NCBI GenBank assembly: GCA_009692435.1 | Contig: SHZE01000005.1 | Location: 1-60,908, forward strand | Length of the DNA: 60,908 nucleotides | Direction: 5' to 3' | Source of the DNA: Deltaproteobacteria bacterium | Lineage (GTDB): Bacteria; Desulfobacterota; Binatia; Bin18 | Translations under genes and position numbers: made by a program | In this document: piece by piece, positions 1-9,760 of the stretch | Layout of the letters: each line of letters opens with the position of its first letter | Numbering within the stretch: the stretch's first letter is position 1 | Notes under the pieces: generated by a model | Database searches by the model: none | Told to the model about the DNA's origin: nothing | The model's input: only the letters and a program-made list of their open reading frames with translations

Positions 1-147
1 TGACTTCTCCTTCCAGGAGTTCGCTCAGCCCCGTTGCCGTGGTGGCCCCAAAGGACGCCACCAAGTAATCCGAATATCAATCCGCTATCGCGTGGGCTTT
101 CATGTCGCTGATTCTACACCTTTTTTGCACCGGGCGCGTAAGGTGAG
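1..147 (-). mobile_element. Left end of an IS701/IS4-type insertion sequence with a disrupted transposase N-terminus (runs off the window)
   Basis: Minus strand from ATG 103 reads MKAHAIAD*YSDYLVASFGATTATGLSELLEGEV, matching the 'DLYSDYLxxSFGxTTATGLSxLLxGxxSHD' start I recognise in DDE transposases. In-frame TGA at 79-77. Terminus-like CTCACCTTACGC begins at 147. Confidence 0.65.
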
Positions 148-633
148 GTCGGTAATATGCAGGACACGCTCGTAGAATTCCTGATCAAGCAGGTTGAGCA
201 TATCCACGAGCTGTTTACGATCCTTGGCATATTCCGCGCGTAAGCGCTGAACGATGAGAAGACGGACTTTTGTCTGCCCTGACAGAAAGCGGGAAGGAGA
301 CGAGTGGGAAATAAAACCATGTCGGGCATGTTCACGGAGATAGACGTAGGTTTCGATATCGTGAGGATTCTCGATGTGGGCAGCCCAGCGCAAAAGGGCA
401 TCGTACATATTTTGCCGAATTTCGGGGATTTGCTTAGGAAGAAGCGTATAGACTGGCGCAATCAATCCGATCCACTCGTCAACAACTCCCGCCGCACGCT
501 CACGGATAAAGATTGCCAGTTGTGTCCGCAACGGGCTTGGGTGACGAGGAAACTGAAGCAGCTCACAGCCACGCATGTAGCGCTCAACTCGGGTAAGGTG
601 GTCTTCAAGAGTTTCTTCAAATGGTGGGTGCAT
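100..633 (-). pseudogene. Helical (RsbRD_N/globin-like) sensor-domain gene, probably truncated by the IS at ~147
   Basis: ORF from MHPPFEE with 'VVDEW' and 'REHARHGF' helical pattern; its last ~15 codons read into the IS end. Confidence 0.45.
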
Positions 634-827
634 AGGCTCCCTCTTTCTACCTTTTTCCCTAGCGCCGGGGCCTCGGTGTGACAATCCCCCTTGCAGGTCT
701 CTTCATTTTTCAGCATCGCCTCGGTATGGTGTCGTCGGCTTTAGCGTGGGAGCAGAGAAACGAGCGCCAACTCATAGTGGTAAAAAAATAGCATCGAGGT
801 GAGACTTTCTGCCCCAGCATGTGTTCA

Positions 828-1445
828 ATGGAACAACGAGAACCCATAGCTCCACACGACGACGCTGATGTGCGGTTAATGCTGCGATTTCAGCAAGGAG
901 ATGTTGAAGCATTTCAGCAGCTTTTCCAAAAGTATTCTCCGTCGGTGGTCAACTTTGCAGGTCATTTTCTTGGTAATCGGGCACGGGCTGAGGAGATCGC
1001 TCAGGAGGTATTCCTTCAGGTATACCGCTGGCAAACAAGGTATGAAGCCAAGGCCAAATTTTCGACCTGGCTGTTTAAGATCGCCCATAACCATTGCTTG
1101 AATGAGGTCCGCAAAGGGGAGTACCGTGTTTCGATAGAGTCGATTGGGCCGCAAGAGGATGCGGACGGAGACACACGCGAACGGCAATTACCGGATACGC
1201 GTTCGAGCAAAGGAGAAGATGTTCTTGCCGCTAAGCAGGTGTCACGAAGAATCGAAAAGATTCTGCAACGGGTGCCAGAAACACAGCGCACCGCTTTAAT
1301 GTTGAGTCGCTTAGAGGGCCTGTCGTACCAAGAAGTGGCCGAGGTGCTGGAGGTAACGGAAAAGGCGGTGAAAAGCCTAGTGTTTCGTGCGACGCAAAGC
1401 CTCAAGGATGGGCTCAAGGATATGGTGAACCCCGATGACTTGTGA
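828..1445 (+). CDS. ECF RNA polymerase sigma factor (sigma-70 family)
   Basis: Region 2 'AEEIAQEVFLQVY..FSTWLFKIAHN' and region 4 'GLSYQEVAEVLEVTEKAVKSLVFRA'; start could be 819. Confidence 0.95.
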   Translation: MEQREPIAPHDDADVRLMLRFQQGDVEAFQQLFQKYSPSVVNFAGHFLGNRARAEEIAQEVFLQVYRWQTRYEAKAKFSTWLFKIAHNHCLNEVRKGEYRVSIESIGPQEDADGDTRERQLPDTRSSKGEDVLAAKQVSRRIEKILQRVPETQRTALMLSRLEGLSYQEVAEVLEVTEKAVKSLVFRATQSLKDGLKDMVNPDDL

Positions 1446-2187
1446 AGAAATTCGAGAAGAATTAGTCGCGTACCATGACGGTGAGCTTGCGGAACAGGAC
1501 CGGCACCAAGTGGTTGCCCACCTCAGCACCTGTCCAGCCTGTACCCAAGAAGCCGCGTCCCTGGCACGCATTGGGCAAATGTTCAGCAGCCTGGAGCGGG
1601 GAACGCCATCTCCAGATTTCGCCGCGAATTTCTGGCGGCGGCTTGAACAAGGACGCCACCCCCAACCAGAGAGTCGCCCAGAAAATTGGTTTGCGCAGTG
1701 GTGGCGAGACTTGCGTGAATCCATGACCACCTGGCACCTTACGCCAGCGCTTGTGGGTGTAGCGAGTGTCCTCATCTTTTTTGCAACGCTTGCACAGAAA
1801 CCCGATCGCACGGCAACGACATCAGGCCCGGATTCCTTAGGAGGACCGCAGTCCTTGAGCACGGAGAAACCAGCAACAGTCGCCAAGCCCACAACGTCGA
1901 AGGCGGCCCCAACGGTTTCGACTGAGGTGATGGAGAAGAGCGATCTCTTTATCGACTACAAAATCATTACTGAGTTGGATAAATTTGCACGCCTTGAAGA
2001 GATTGCTGCGGTTGATCTCTCGACCGAACAACCGGTAGAAGTCGCTGAAGCCGAAATTCCCAAAGAGGTATTAGAGGACCCCGGATTTTTTGCGCAATAC
2101 CAAATTCTGCAACAACTGGAACGACTGAAAAATTTCGATGCTGTTCTTGCGTCCCCTACTCGGGACGACACAGAAACCCAGGGGTAA
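1435..2187 (+). CDS. Zinc-finger (zf-HC2) transmembrane anti-sigma factor
   Basis: 'CEEIRE..HLSTCPAC' motif, one TM helix, overlaps the sigma stop codon. Confidence 0.9.
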   Translation: MTCEEIREELVAYHDGELAEQDRHQVVAHLSTCPACTQEAASLARIGQMFSSLERGTPSPDFAANFWRRLEQGRHPQPESRPENWFAQWWRDLRESMTTWHLTPALVGVASVLIFFATLAQKPDRTATTSGPDSLGGPQSLSTEKPATVAKPTTSKAAPTVSTEVMEKSDLFIDYKIITELDKFARLEEIAAVDLSTEQPVEVAEAEIPKEVLEDPGFFAQYQILQQLERLKNFDAVLASPTRDDTETQG

Positions 2188-2204
2188 AAGACAAGGAGTG
2201 TACG

Positions 2205-2576
2205 ATGAACCCCGTTGTGACGAAATTGATGTTTGTCGCCATCGCAATAGGTGTGCTACTGACGCTATCACCGCTGCGAGAAACCGGGTGGGCACGGAAT
2301 TCCTCGGAAAGCACCATCCAGCAGGTCAGACGCAACTGGGAGGACATTCCCCCTCGTGAACGGTCACGTGCCCTAGAGAATTACCGTCGGTTTCAGAAAC
2401 TGGCACCGGAACGCCAACGCGATATCGAAGAGCGCTATCATCGTTGGCGAGAACTTCCGTCCGAAGAACAGGACCGTATTCGCGAGAATTATCGACGTTA
2501 TCGTGGAATGAACTCGGACGAGAAGGAAGAATTCCATCACAAATATCGCCGTTGGCGTTCTCATCCACGAGACTAA
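2205..2576 (+). CDS. Exported DUF3106-like helical repeat protein
   Basis: Signal peptide, repeats 'W/F-xx-L/I-xxE-E/R' (WEDIPPRER, FQKLAPERQ, WRELPSEEQ), SD AAGGAG, typical position after ECF/anti-sigma. Confidence 0.8.
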   Translation: MNPVVTKLMFVAIAIGVLLTLSPLRETGWARNSSESTIQQVRRNWEDIPPRERSRALENYRRFQKLAPERQRDIEERYHRWRELPSEEQDRIRENYRRYRGMNSDEKEEFHHKYRRWRSHPRD

Positions 2577-2612
2577 TTGCGCTGATTGCTCCGCTATCTC
2601 CCACCACTTTTG

Positions 2613-2653
2613 CCCTGACTACCTCTCTTGATGATGTAGTCAGGGTTTTTTTT
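2613..2653 (+). terminator. Rho-independent terminator
   Basis: CCCTGACTAC...GTAGTCAGGG followed by 8 T. Confidence 0.8.
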
Positions 2654-2767
2654 CTCCTCCCCCTTTTCGTTCCTTACTCCTCGTCATAGAGCAACTTTTC
2701 CTACTACCTTGTGTTTTTCTTTCCAGTTCCTGCTGACCATAAGAATAAAAAAAGGACGGAGGATTCC

Positions 2768-3652
2768 ATGAGACAGGTTTTTCTTTCACGGACAGTTGCC
2801 GCTCTTGCCGCGGGTACAATGCTGACCTCCGGCGTCCCCTCTTATGCGTACGACGACTATGAGGATCGGAACCCCGCGTCGTATGACCGTTATGAAGAAG
2901 AGGGAGATACCCCGGATCGCGACTATCGAGACGAGAGTCGGTACGAACGACGGCAACCGCCTCCTCCCACTCCTCCTCCCGCTCCTCGTTCCGGCACCCC
3001 CTTCGGCATGAGGAAATCGACTGCTGGGGCACTCACTGGAGCCGTTCTTGGTGCAGGCACCGGAGCCATCGTGGGCAGCCATAAGGGGCGAGCGGGCAGA
3101 GGCGCACTCATCGGGGGGGGCGTTGGTGCACTAGGTGGCTACTTGATGGGAAAGCAAATCGAAAACCGCGATTCCGCTCTTGATGGCGAAGAACAAACCC
3201 TCCTTCAGCAGCGCCAGGAAATCGCACGCAATCGCGAATTGATCGAAGACCTCAAACGACGGAAGCTCGACGCGCGCGAAACGAAGCGCGGTGTCGTAGT
3301 CAATCTGCCCGACGTGTTATTTGAATATAACAAAGCCAGACTAACCCGCGATGCACAAGGCAAAGTGGGGTACATCGCCGAGATATTAGAACAACGCGCT
3401 CCGAATCGCCGTGTGTCCGTGGAAGGTCATGCCGACGCCGTCGGAGGGGAATCTTATAATCTTCGCTTGTCCCAAAATCGCGCGGAATCGGTTGCCCAAG
3501 AACTCGCGGACAATGGCGTGCGTAACAATCGCCTGCAAACGAAGGGATTCGGAGAGAAGTATCCAGTTGCTCCTAACACCCATGCCAACGGCGCGGATAA
3601 TCCATCCGGGCGAGCCAAAAACCGTCGTGTCGAAGTCGTCATTGAGAACTAA
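2768..3652 (+). CDS. OmpA-family protein with N-terminal glycine zipper and coiled coil
   Basis: SD GGAGG, signal peptide ending AYA, GxxxG repeats, 'VEGHAD..YNLRLSQNRA..RAKNRRVEV'. Confidence 0.92.
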   Translation: MRQVFLSRTVAALAAGTMLTSGVPSYAYDDYEDRNPASYDRYEEEGDTPDRDYRDESRYERRQPPPPTPPPAPRSGTPFGMRKSTAGALTGAVLGAGTGAIVGSHKGRAGRGALIGGGVGALGGYLMGKQIENRDSALDGEEQTLLQQRQEIARNRELIEDLKRRKLDARETKRGVVVNLPDVLFEYNKARLTRDAQGKVGYIAEILEQRAPNRRVSVEGHADAVGGESYNLRLSQNRAESVAQELADNGVRNNRLQTKGFGEKYPVAPNTHANGADNPSGRAKNRRVEVVIEN

Positions 3653-3701
3653 CTACAACTGCCCCCCACGAAGAGTCGTGGAAACACTGAGGAGGATGAA
3701 G

Positions 3702-4073
3702 ATGAAACGCGTCATTAGCATACTGAGTCTTACGGCCCTGTTGGGTGGCTGTGCGGCCCCGATGAGCCAGAGAGAAAAATCCACACTTACTGGCGGTGCA
3801 CTCGGTGCCGGAGCTGGGGCATTGATTGGCAGCGCGGTTGGCCACCCAGGACGAGGGGCGCTGATTGGTGGGGGTCTCGGGGCCTTGGGCGGGGCGGTGC
3901 TTGGCGATCAGATGGAAGGACAGTCTCAACGATCAGATGCCCATGCTCGCGAACTTGAAGAACAACAACGAGAGATCGCCCGGCAACGCCGGGAACTTGA
4001 TGACCTCCAACGCCGCCGTTCTGATTCTTATGATGACGATCGGTATGATCGCCGTCGTGACGACCGCTACTAA
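3702..4073 (+). CDS. Glycine-zipper lipoprotein
   Basis: SD GAGGAGG, lipobox LGGC, GALGAGAGALIG repeats, coiled coil, D/R/Y-rich tail. Confidence 0.85.
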   Translation: MKRVISILSLTALLGGCAAPMSQREKSTLTGGALGAGAGALIGSAVGHPGRGALIGGGLGALGGAVLGDQMEGQSQRSDAHARELEEQQREIARQRRELDDLQRRRSDSYDDDRYDRRRDDRY

Positions 4074-4124
4074 AACTCCGTACGCGCGCGTGCGCTGTCA
4101 CTGCGCTTGAGCCTCTCGTTTCTG

Positions 4125-4160
4125 AAAGGAGGGGGCATATCACCATATGCCCCCTCCTTT
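4125..4160. terminator. Stem-loop, probable terminator
   Basis: AAAGGAGGGGGCATAT-cacc-ATATGCCCCCTCCTTT, perfect 16-bp stem. Confidence 0.7.
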
Positions 4161-4235
4161 CCCCACCCACTGTTTGCTTCTCTTCTCACATTCGGGACTT
4201 TCCTCTCCCTACCCGTATCGGTATCATGCGCCTCT

Positions 4236-7200
4236 ATGTCACAGTCAAGAAACATCCCCCCCCTGTCCACCACGACCAAGGATATGCTCGCCTTGCTCCG
4301 AGAACGCATCCTGCTGTTCGATGGCGCAATGGGAACGTCAATCCAAGCGCTTCATCTCACCGCCGAAGATTTTAGCGGCCCCCAATATGAGGGATGCAAT
4401 GAATATCTCGCGCTGATCCGACCGCAGCTCATTGCTGACATTCACGAGGGTTTTCTCAAAGTGGGTTCGGACATTATCGAGACGGATACCTTTGGCGGAA
4501 CGCCAATCGTTTTGGCGGAATTTGACTTGCAAGACCAAGCACTCGCTATCAACCGCGCTGCCGCACAGATCGCCAAGGACCTCGCTCGTCGGTATTCCAC
4601 TCCGGCTAAGCCCCGATTTGTTGCCGGCTCAATGGGACCGACGACCAAGAGCATTTCTGTCACCGCCAGTGCGACCTTCGAGCAATTACGCGAAACCTAT
4701 GCTGTACAAGCTGAAGGCCTGTTGCTGGGAGGTGTCGATTTTCTCATCCTGGAAACCGCCCTTGATACATTGAATGTCAAAGCGGGGCTCGTCGGCATCG
4801 AAGAGACCTTTCACAAACTTGGGGTGAGCGTGCCCATCATTGTCTCCGGCACCATCGAACTCATGGGCACCATGCTCGCCGGACAGGGCGTGGAAGCATT
4901 ATACGTCTCTCTTGCTCATAATGATCTACTCGCCATCGGATTGAATTGCGCGACTGGTCCAGATTTCATGACCGACCATATCCGCACCCTCGCCCAACTC
5001 TCGCGCTTCCCCGTTTTTTGCATGCCTAATGCGGGCTTGCCCGACGAAGAGAATCACTACAATGAATCTCCCGCGATGCTCGCGGCCAAGCTCGAGCGCT
5101 TTGTGGATCAAGGCTGGGTCAATGTGATCGGCGGATGCTGTGGCACCACCCCTGAACACCTTGGTCTCCTGGCGCAAATGCTCAACGCGAAGAAACCCCG
5201 ATTGATCCAGACCCAACGTCGTAGTGCCGTGGCTGGGCTCGAACCGCTAGTCATTGAAGAAGATAAGCGTCCAGTTTTGGTGGGGGAGCGCACCAACGTC
5301 ATTGGCTCGCGCAAGTTCAAGGAACTCATTATTAACGGAGCGTTCGAGGAAGCCGCGGAGATCGGTCGTCGTCAGGTTCGTGGGGGAGCCCAAGTCGTTG
5401 ATGTCTGTCTCGCTGACCCCGACCGCGATGAACTGAAAGATATGACGACCTTCCTGGACCTCTTGGTACGCAAGGTCAAAGCCCCGTTGATGATCGACTC
5501 GACCGACGCGCGGGTCATTGAAGAATCCCTCAAGCGCTCACAAGGCAAAGCCATCATCAACTCGATTAACCTCGAAGATGGAGAAGAACGGTTCGAGAAA
5601 GTCGTGCCGCTCATCCGTCGCTACGGCGCGGCGGTTGTGGTTGGCTGTATCGACGAAGACCCGGTCCAGGGCATGGCCGTTACCCGTCAGCGCAAACTCG
5701 AAGTAGCGCGGCGCAGCTATGACTTGTTGACACAAAAATACGGCGTCCCCGCCGAAGACCTGATTTTTGACCCCTTGGTTTTTCCGCTCGGCACTGGAGA
5801 TCAGAATTATATCGGCGCAGGGGAAGAAACGATTGAAGGAGTGCGCCTGATTAAACAGACCTTCCCAGAATGTAAAACCATTCTCGGTATCAGTAACGTC
5901 TCATTCGGACTGCCTCCGGCTGGGCGCGAGGTTCTCAATTCGGTCTTCCTCTATCACTGTGTCAAAGCTGGCCTCGACATGGCAATCGTCAACAGCGAGA
6001 AGCTCGAACGCTATGCCTCGATTCCCGAACACGAACGGCACTTATCAGAAGATTTGATTTCTTGGCGAGGAGCGGACCCTATCGCCGCATTTGCCGCGCA
6101 TTTCCGGCAGAAGAACACGAAGGAGAAAGTCGATACTCGTAAAGACTTACCCCTTGATGAACGATTGGCTCGCTACATTATCGAAGGGTCAAAGGACGGC
6201 TTGGTTGCTGATCTCAACGAAGCCCTGCAAGAACGGAAACCATTAGAGATCATCAACGGCCCACTGATGACCGGCATGGATGAAGTCGGGCGCTTGTTCA
6301 ACAATAATGAGTTAATCGTCGCCGAAGTGCTCCAGAGCGCGGAAGCGATGAAAGCCGCCGTGACGCATCTTGAGCCGTTTATGGAGAAGGCGGCGGATGC
6401 CCTCAAGGGCACGCTGCTACTCGCCACGGTGAAAGGCGATGTCCACGACATCGGCAAGAATCTGGTCGAGATTATTCTGAGCAACAACGGCTACCGCGTC
6501 ATCAATCTTGGCATCAAAATTCCCCCAGAAACGTTAATCGCGGCCTATCGGACCCACACCCCGGACATGATTGGGCTCTCTGGACTGTTGGTGAAATCCG
6601 CCCAACAGATGGTCATCACGGCTCAGGACCTCAAGAATGGTGGGATCTCGTGTCCGATCCTCGTCGGCGGCGCGGCACTGACGGCACGTTTCACGGCGAT
6701 GAAAATCGCTCCAGAATATGATGGCCTTGTGTGCTACGCCAACGACGCGATGCAAGGACTCGATCTGGCCAACCAAATTGTCGTTCCCGACCGGCGCGCG
6801 ATGCTCGCCGAAAAAGTCACGGCGACGCGCGCGCGGTTTACTGAACAAGAGCGAACACCAGCCGCAACCTCGACCGCGGTTCCGGTGGCGATTCCCCGGA
6901 TATCGGTCATTACCTATACGCAAGATATCCCTTTACCTCCCGACCTGCGCCCTCACGTCATTGAGAATTACGACCTGGCAACAATTTTCTCTTATATCAA
7001 TCCGACCATGCTCTACGGCAAACATCTCGGATTAAAAGGCAATCTCGAAACACTCCTGGAACAGGGCGACCAGAAAGCGCTCCAACTCACCAAGCAGGTG
7101 CGCGCGATCGAGGATGAGATTCTCACGAACAATCTGCTCCAGGCTCGTGCCGTGTATAAGTTTTTCCCCGCGCAATCCGACGGCGATACCCTGCTCATCT

Positions 7201-7793
7201 ACAATTCAACAGGCACGAACGTCCAAGAAACCTTTCTCTTTCCACGACAACAGCACGGTGAAGGACTGTGCTTGAGTGACTTTGTCGCCCCCCGGACAGC
7301 GGGCAAGCTGGACTATGTCGCGTTTTTTGCCGTGACCTGTGGGCATAGCGTCCGTGAGTTAGCCGAGCGCTATAAAAATGAGGGGCAGTATTTGCAGTCG
7401 CATGCCCTCCAGGCCATTGCCATTGAAAGCGCCGAGGCGTTCGCCGAGCTGTTACACCACCGGCTGCGAGAAATGTGGGGATTCGCGGACCCGTCGGAAC
7501 TCACCATGCGTGAGCGGTTTAAAGCCCGGTATCGCGGGGTACGGGTGAGTTTTGGCTATCCAGCGTGCCCCCGTCTGGAGGACCAAGGTAAGCTCTTTCA
7601 ATTGCTCCAGGTGACCGAAACCATTGGGGTGAATCTCACGGAAGGTTTTATGATGGAACCCGAAGCGTCGGTCTCCGCTCTCGTTTTCCATCATCCACAA
7701 GCACGCTACTTCAGTATCCTCGAAGACGAACTGGCGACCTTTGAGCGACAGCTCACAATTGAGGACGCGCCAGCACAGATCCAACAAGTATAA
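4236..7793 (+). CDS. metH: Cobalamin-dependent methionine synthase
   Basis: 'DGAMGT', 'GGCCG', pterin-binding 'GERTN', B12 motif 'DVHDIG', activation domain 'SFGYPACP'. Confidence 0.98.
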   Translation: MSQSRNIPPLSTTTKDMLALLRERILLFDGAMGTSIQALHLTAEDFSGPQYEGCNEYLALIRPQLIADIHEGFLKVGSDIIETDTFGGTPIVLAEFDLQDQALAINRAAAQIAKDLARRYSTPAKPRFVAGSMGPTTKSISVTASATFEQLRETYAVQAEGLLLGGVDFLILETALDTLNVKAGLVGIEETFHKLGVSVPIIVSGTIELMGTMLAGQGVEALYVSLAHNDLLAIGLNCATGPDFMTDHIRTLAQLSRFPVFCMPNAGLPDEENHYNESPAMLAAKLERFVDQGWVNVIGGCCGTTPEHLGLLAQMLNAKKPRLIQTQRRSAVAGLEPLVIEEDKRPVLVGERTNVIGSRKFKELIINGAFEEAAEIGRRQVRGGAQVVDVCLADPDRDELKDMTTFLDLLVRKVKAPLMIDSTDARVIEESLKRSQGKAIINSINLEDGEERFEKVVPLIRRYGAAVVVGCIDEDPVQGMAVTRQRKLEVARRSYDLLTQKYGVPAEDLIFDPLVFPLGTGDQNYIGAGEETIEGVRLIKQTFPECKTILGISNVSFGLPPAGREVLNSVFLYHCVKAGLDMAIVNSEKLERYASIPEHERHLSEDLISWRGADPIAAFAAHFRQKNTKEKVDTRKDLPLDERLARYIIEGSKDGLVADLNEALQERKPLEIINGPLMTGMDEVGRLFNNNELIVAEVLQSAEAMKAAVTHLEPFMEKAADALKGTLLLATVKGDVHDIGKNLVEIILSNNGYRVINLGIKIPPETLIAAYRTHTPDMIGLSGLLVKSAQQMVITAQDLKNGGISCPILVGGAALTARFTAMKIAPEYDGLVCYANDAMQGLDLANQIVVPDRRAMLAEKVTATRARFTEQERTPAATSTAVPVAIPRISVITYTQDIPLPPDLRPHVIENYDLATIFSYINPTMLYGKHLGLKGNLETLLEQGDQKALQLTKQVRAIEDEILTNNLLQARAVYKFFPAQSDGDTLLIYNSTGTNVQETFLFPRQQHGEGLCLSDFVAPRTAGKLDYVAFFAVTCGHSVRELAERYKNEGQYLQSHALQAIAIESAEAFAELLHHRLREMWGFADPSELTMRERFKARYRGVRVSFGYPACPRLEDQGKLFQLLQVTETIGVNLTEGFMMEPEASVSALVFHHPQARYFSILEDELATFERQLTIEDAPAQIQQV

Positions 7794-7809
7794 CACTCCG
7801 TCGTCCAGT

Positions 7810-7873
7810 GTGGGATACGATCTCTAGCAGCTGGAGGAGGCAATTCCTCCGGCTGCTAGAGATCGTATCCCAC
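7810..7873. repeat. 29-bp inverted repeat overlapping the amtB 3' end
   Basis: GTGGGATACGATCTCTAGCAGCTGGAGGA-ggcaat-TCCTCCGGCTGCTAGAGATCGTATCCCAC, one mismatch. Confidence 0.9.
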
Positions 7874-9192
7874 TTCTCCATGTTCCGCTAAATCGAGACC
7901 GGCGTACTCGTCCTCTTCCTGAACGCGCAACCCAACGAGGCCATCAACGATTTTGAGAAGACTAAACGAAACAACTCCACAATACGCGGCGGTACTGACG
8001 GCCGCGATCACTTGAATGCCAAGTTGTTTGCCAATATCCAAGTCTTGCCCACTACCGCCGAATAATGAGGAAGCAAAAATCCCGACCAGTATAGTGCCAA
8101 CGAGTCCGCCAACACCATGGACGCCCACGACATCAAGGGCATCATCATAACCAAATTTCTGCTTGAGTACCGTAACCGCAAGATAGGCAAGGACACTAGA
8201 GACAGCCCCAATCGCAATGGCCCCCACGGGACCAACGTTGCCGGACGCTGGCGTAATTGCCGCCAAACCCGCAACCGCTCCCGTGGCTAATCCCAAAGCA
8301 CTGGGCTTGCCGACTTTGAACCATTCGATGGCACTCCAAATGATTGCCGCGACACAGGGCGAAATCTGTGTCACCACCACTGCCATACTCGCTTGCCCAT
8401 TCGAGGCAAGCGCGCTGCCGCCGTTGAAGCCAAACCATCCCACCCACAACATGCCTGTCCCGGTGAGCGCCATCGCCAGATTATGCGGCGGCATGGGTGT
8501 TTCTGGGTAGCCTCTCCGTTTGCCAACCATGATGGCGGCAACGAGGGCGGAGATACCGGCTGTGATATGCACAACTATACCACCCGCGAAGTCGAATACC
8601 CCCATATCCGCGAAAAATGCTCCGGCCCCACCCCATACCATGTGACAAATGGGAGATACGCGAACGTCACCCACAGAGCACAGAACAGGAGGATGGCGGA
8701 AAATTTCATCCGCTCCGCGAATGCACCAATAATCAAACCAGGAGTAATGATCGCGAACGTCATCTGAAAAACAAAGAAGAGCGATTCTGGAATAGTGCTA
8801 CGGAGAGTGTCCCCCACCACACCGCTGAGGAAGAACCTGCTGGAACCACCAATAAACGCATGCAGTCCACCGGCCCCGGCCTGCATCCCCGTTGAGTCGA
8901 ATGCCAGGCTGTATCCGTAGACAGTCCACAGAACGGAGATAATCGCCGTCAGCGCAAAACACTGCATATACAACGAGAGCACGTTACGCCGACGGACGAG
9001 GCCCGCATAGAACATGGCGAGGCCGGGAATCATCATAAAGAGCACGAGGGCCGTGGACATCAACACCCAGGCGGTATCGCCGGTATTCAACTCATCCGCG
9101 GCCAATGCCACGGTCGGAAGACAAACGAGAGACCAGAGGCTACTCCACCACACAACCCGTTTGCTCACAAAACTTTCGCGCTGTCCCTGCAT
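7856..9192 (-). CDS. amtB: Ammonium transporter with a one-base frameshift near 8655
   Basis: ORFs 8575-9192 and 7856-8674 join at 'WVTFAY/xPICHMVWG'; 'DFAGGIVVH', 'WFGFNGGS', 'DDALDVVGVH'. Confidence 0.93.
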
Positions 9193-9288
9193 AGACCTCC
9201 CCTTTTTTGTTGCCCGGCGATGCCGATACCAGCGGACGGAAGAAACAGCAATGTCGGGTTGCTAAGGCATCGATACAGAAGTCAGCAC

Positions 9289-9741
9289 TCACACATCTTG
9301 GGGCGTTATCATTGCGCGAAGGACCGTTACGGGATCACCCCACTCAACCGAGGTGGAGAACCACCACACCGCGCCTTTCCCAACTTCCCAGTCGTTGTCC
9401 TGGCCGGTGAGCAGCGCCGCCGCCACTTGACCAAGTGTCGGCTGATGGCCAACGACAATGACCGTACCTTCAGCATTTGGCCACCCAGCGGCGCGCAAGA
9501 TGCGTTCCACGGAGGCATTGATGCCGACCTCGGCGCTCGTCTCAAACCGCGCGCTCAGAGCGGTTGCCGTCTGTTGCGTGCGTACGGCTGGACTCACCAG
9601 AATACGTCCTGGTTTCTCAATCCGTGCGTTGAGCCAAGATGCTATCTTCCGCGCTTGTTTTTCACCCTCGGACGTCAGTTTTCGCGCGGCGTCCGGTCTG
9701 CTCTCTTCTGCTTCAGCATGTCGCCATATAATCAGTTCCAT
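9289..9741 (-). CDS. sixA: SixA-like phosphohistidine phosphatase
   Basis: 'IWRHAEA', 'SPAVRTQQTA', 'VVGHQP'. Confidence 0.85.
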   Translation of the reverse strand: MELIIWRHAEAEESRPDAARKLTSEGEKQARKIASWLNARIEKPGRILVSPAVRTQQTATALSARFETSAEVGINASVERILRAAGWPNAEGTVIVVGHQPTLGQVAAALLTGQDNDWEVGKGAVWWFSTSVEWGDPVTVLRAMITPQDV

Positions 9742-9760
9742 ATTGCCTCGCTCGGAAAGT

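Noticed and set aside
77-79. In-frame TGA in the transposase as a selenocysteine codon
   Set aside because: It falls at a position that is normally hydrophobic (Leu/Ile), not Cys; a nonsense mutation is simpler
4074-4235. SAM or cobalamin riboswitch before metH
   Set aside because: Only a simple hairpin is present; no aptamer consensus recognised
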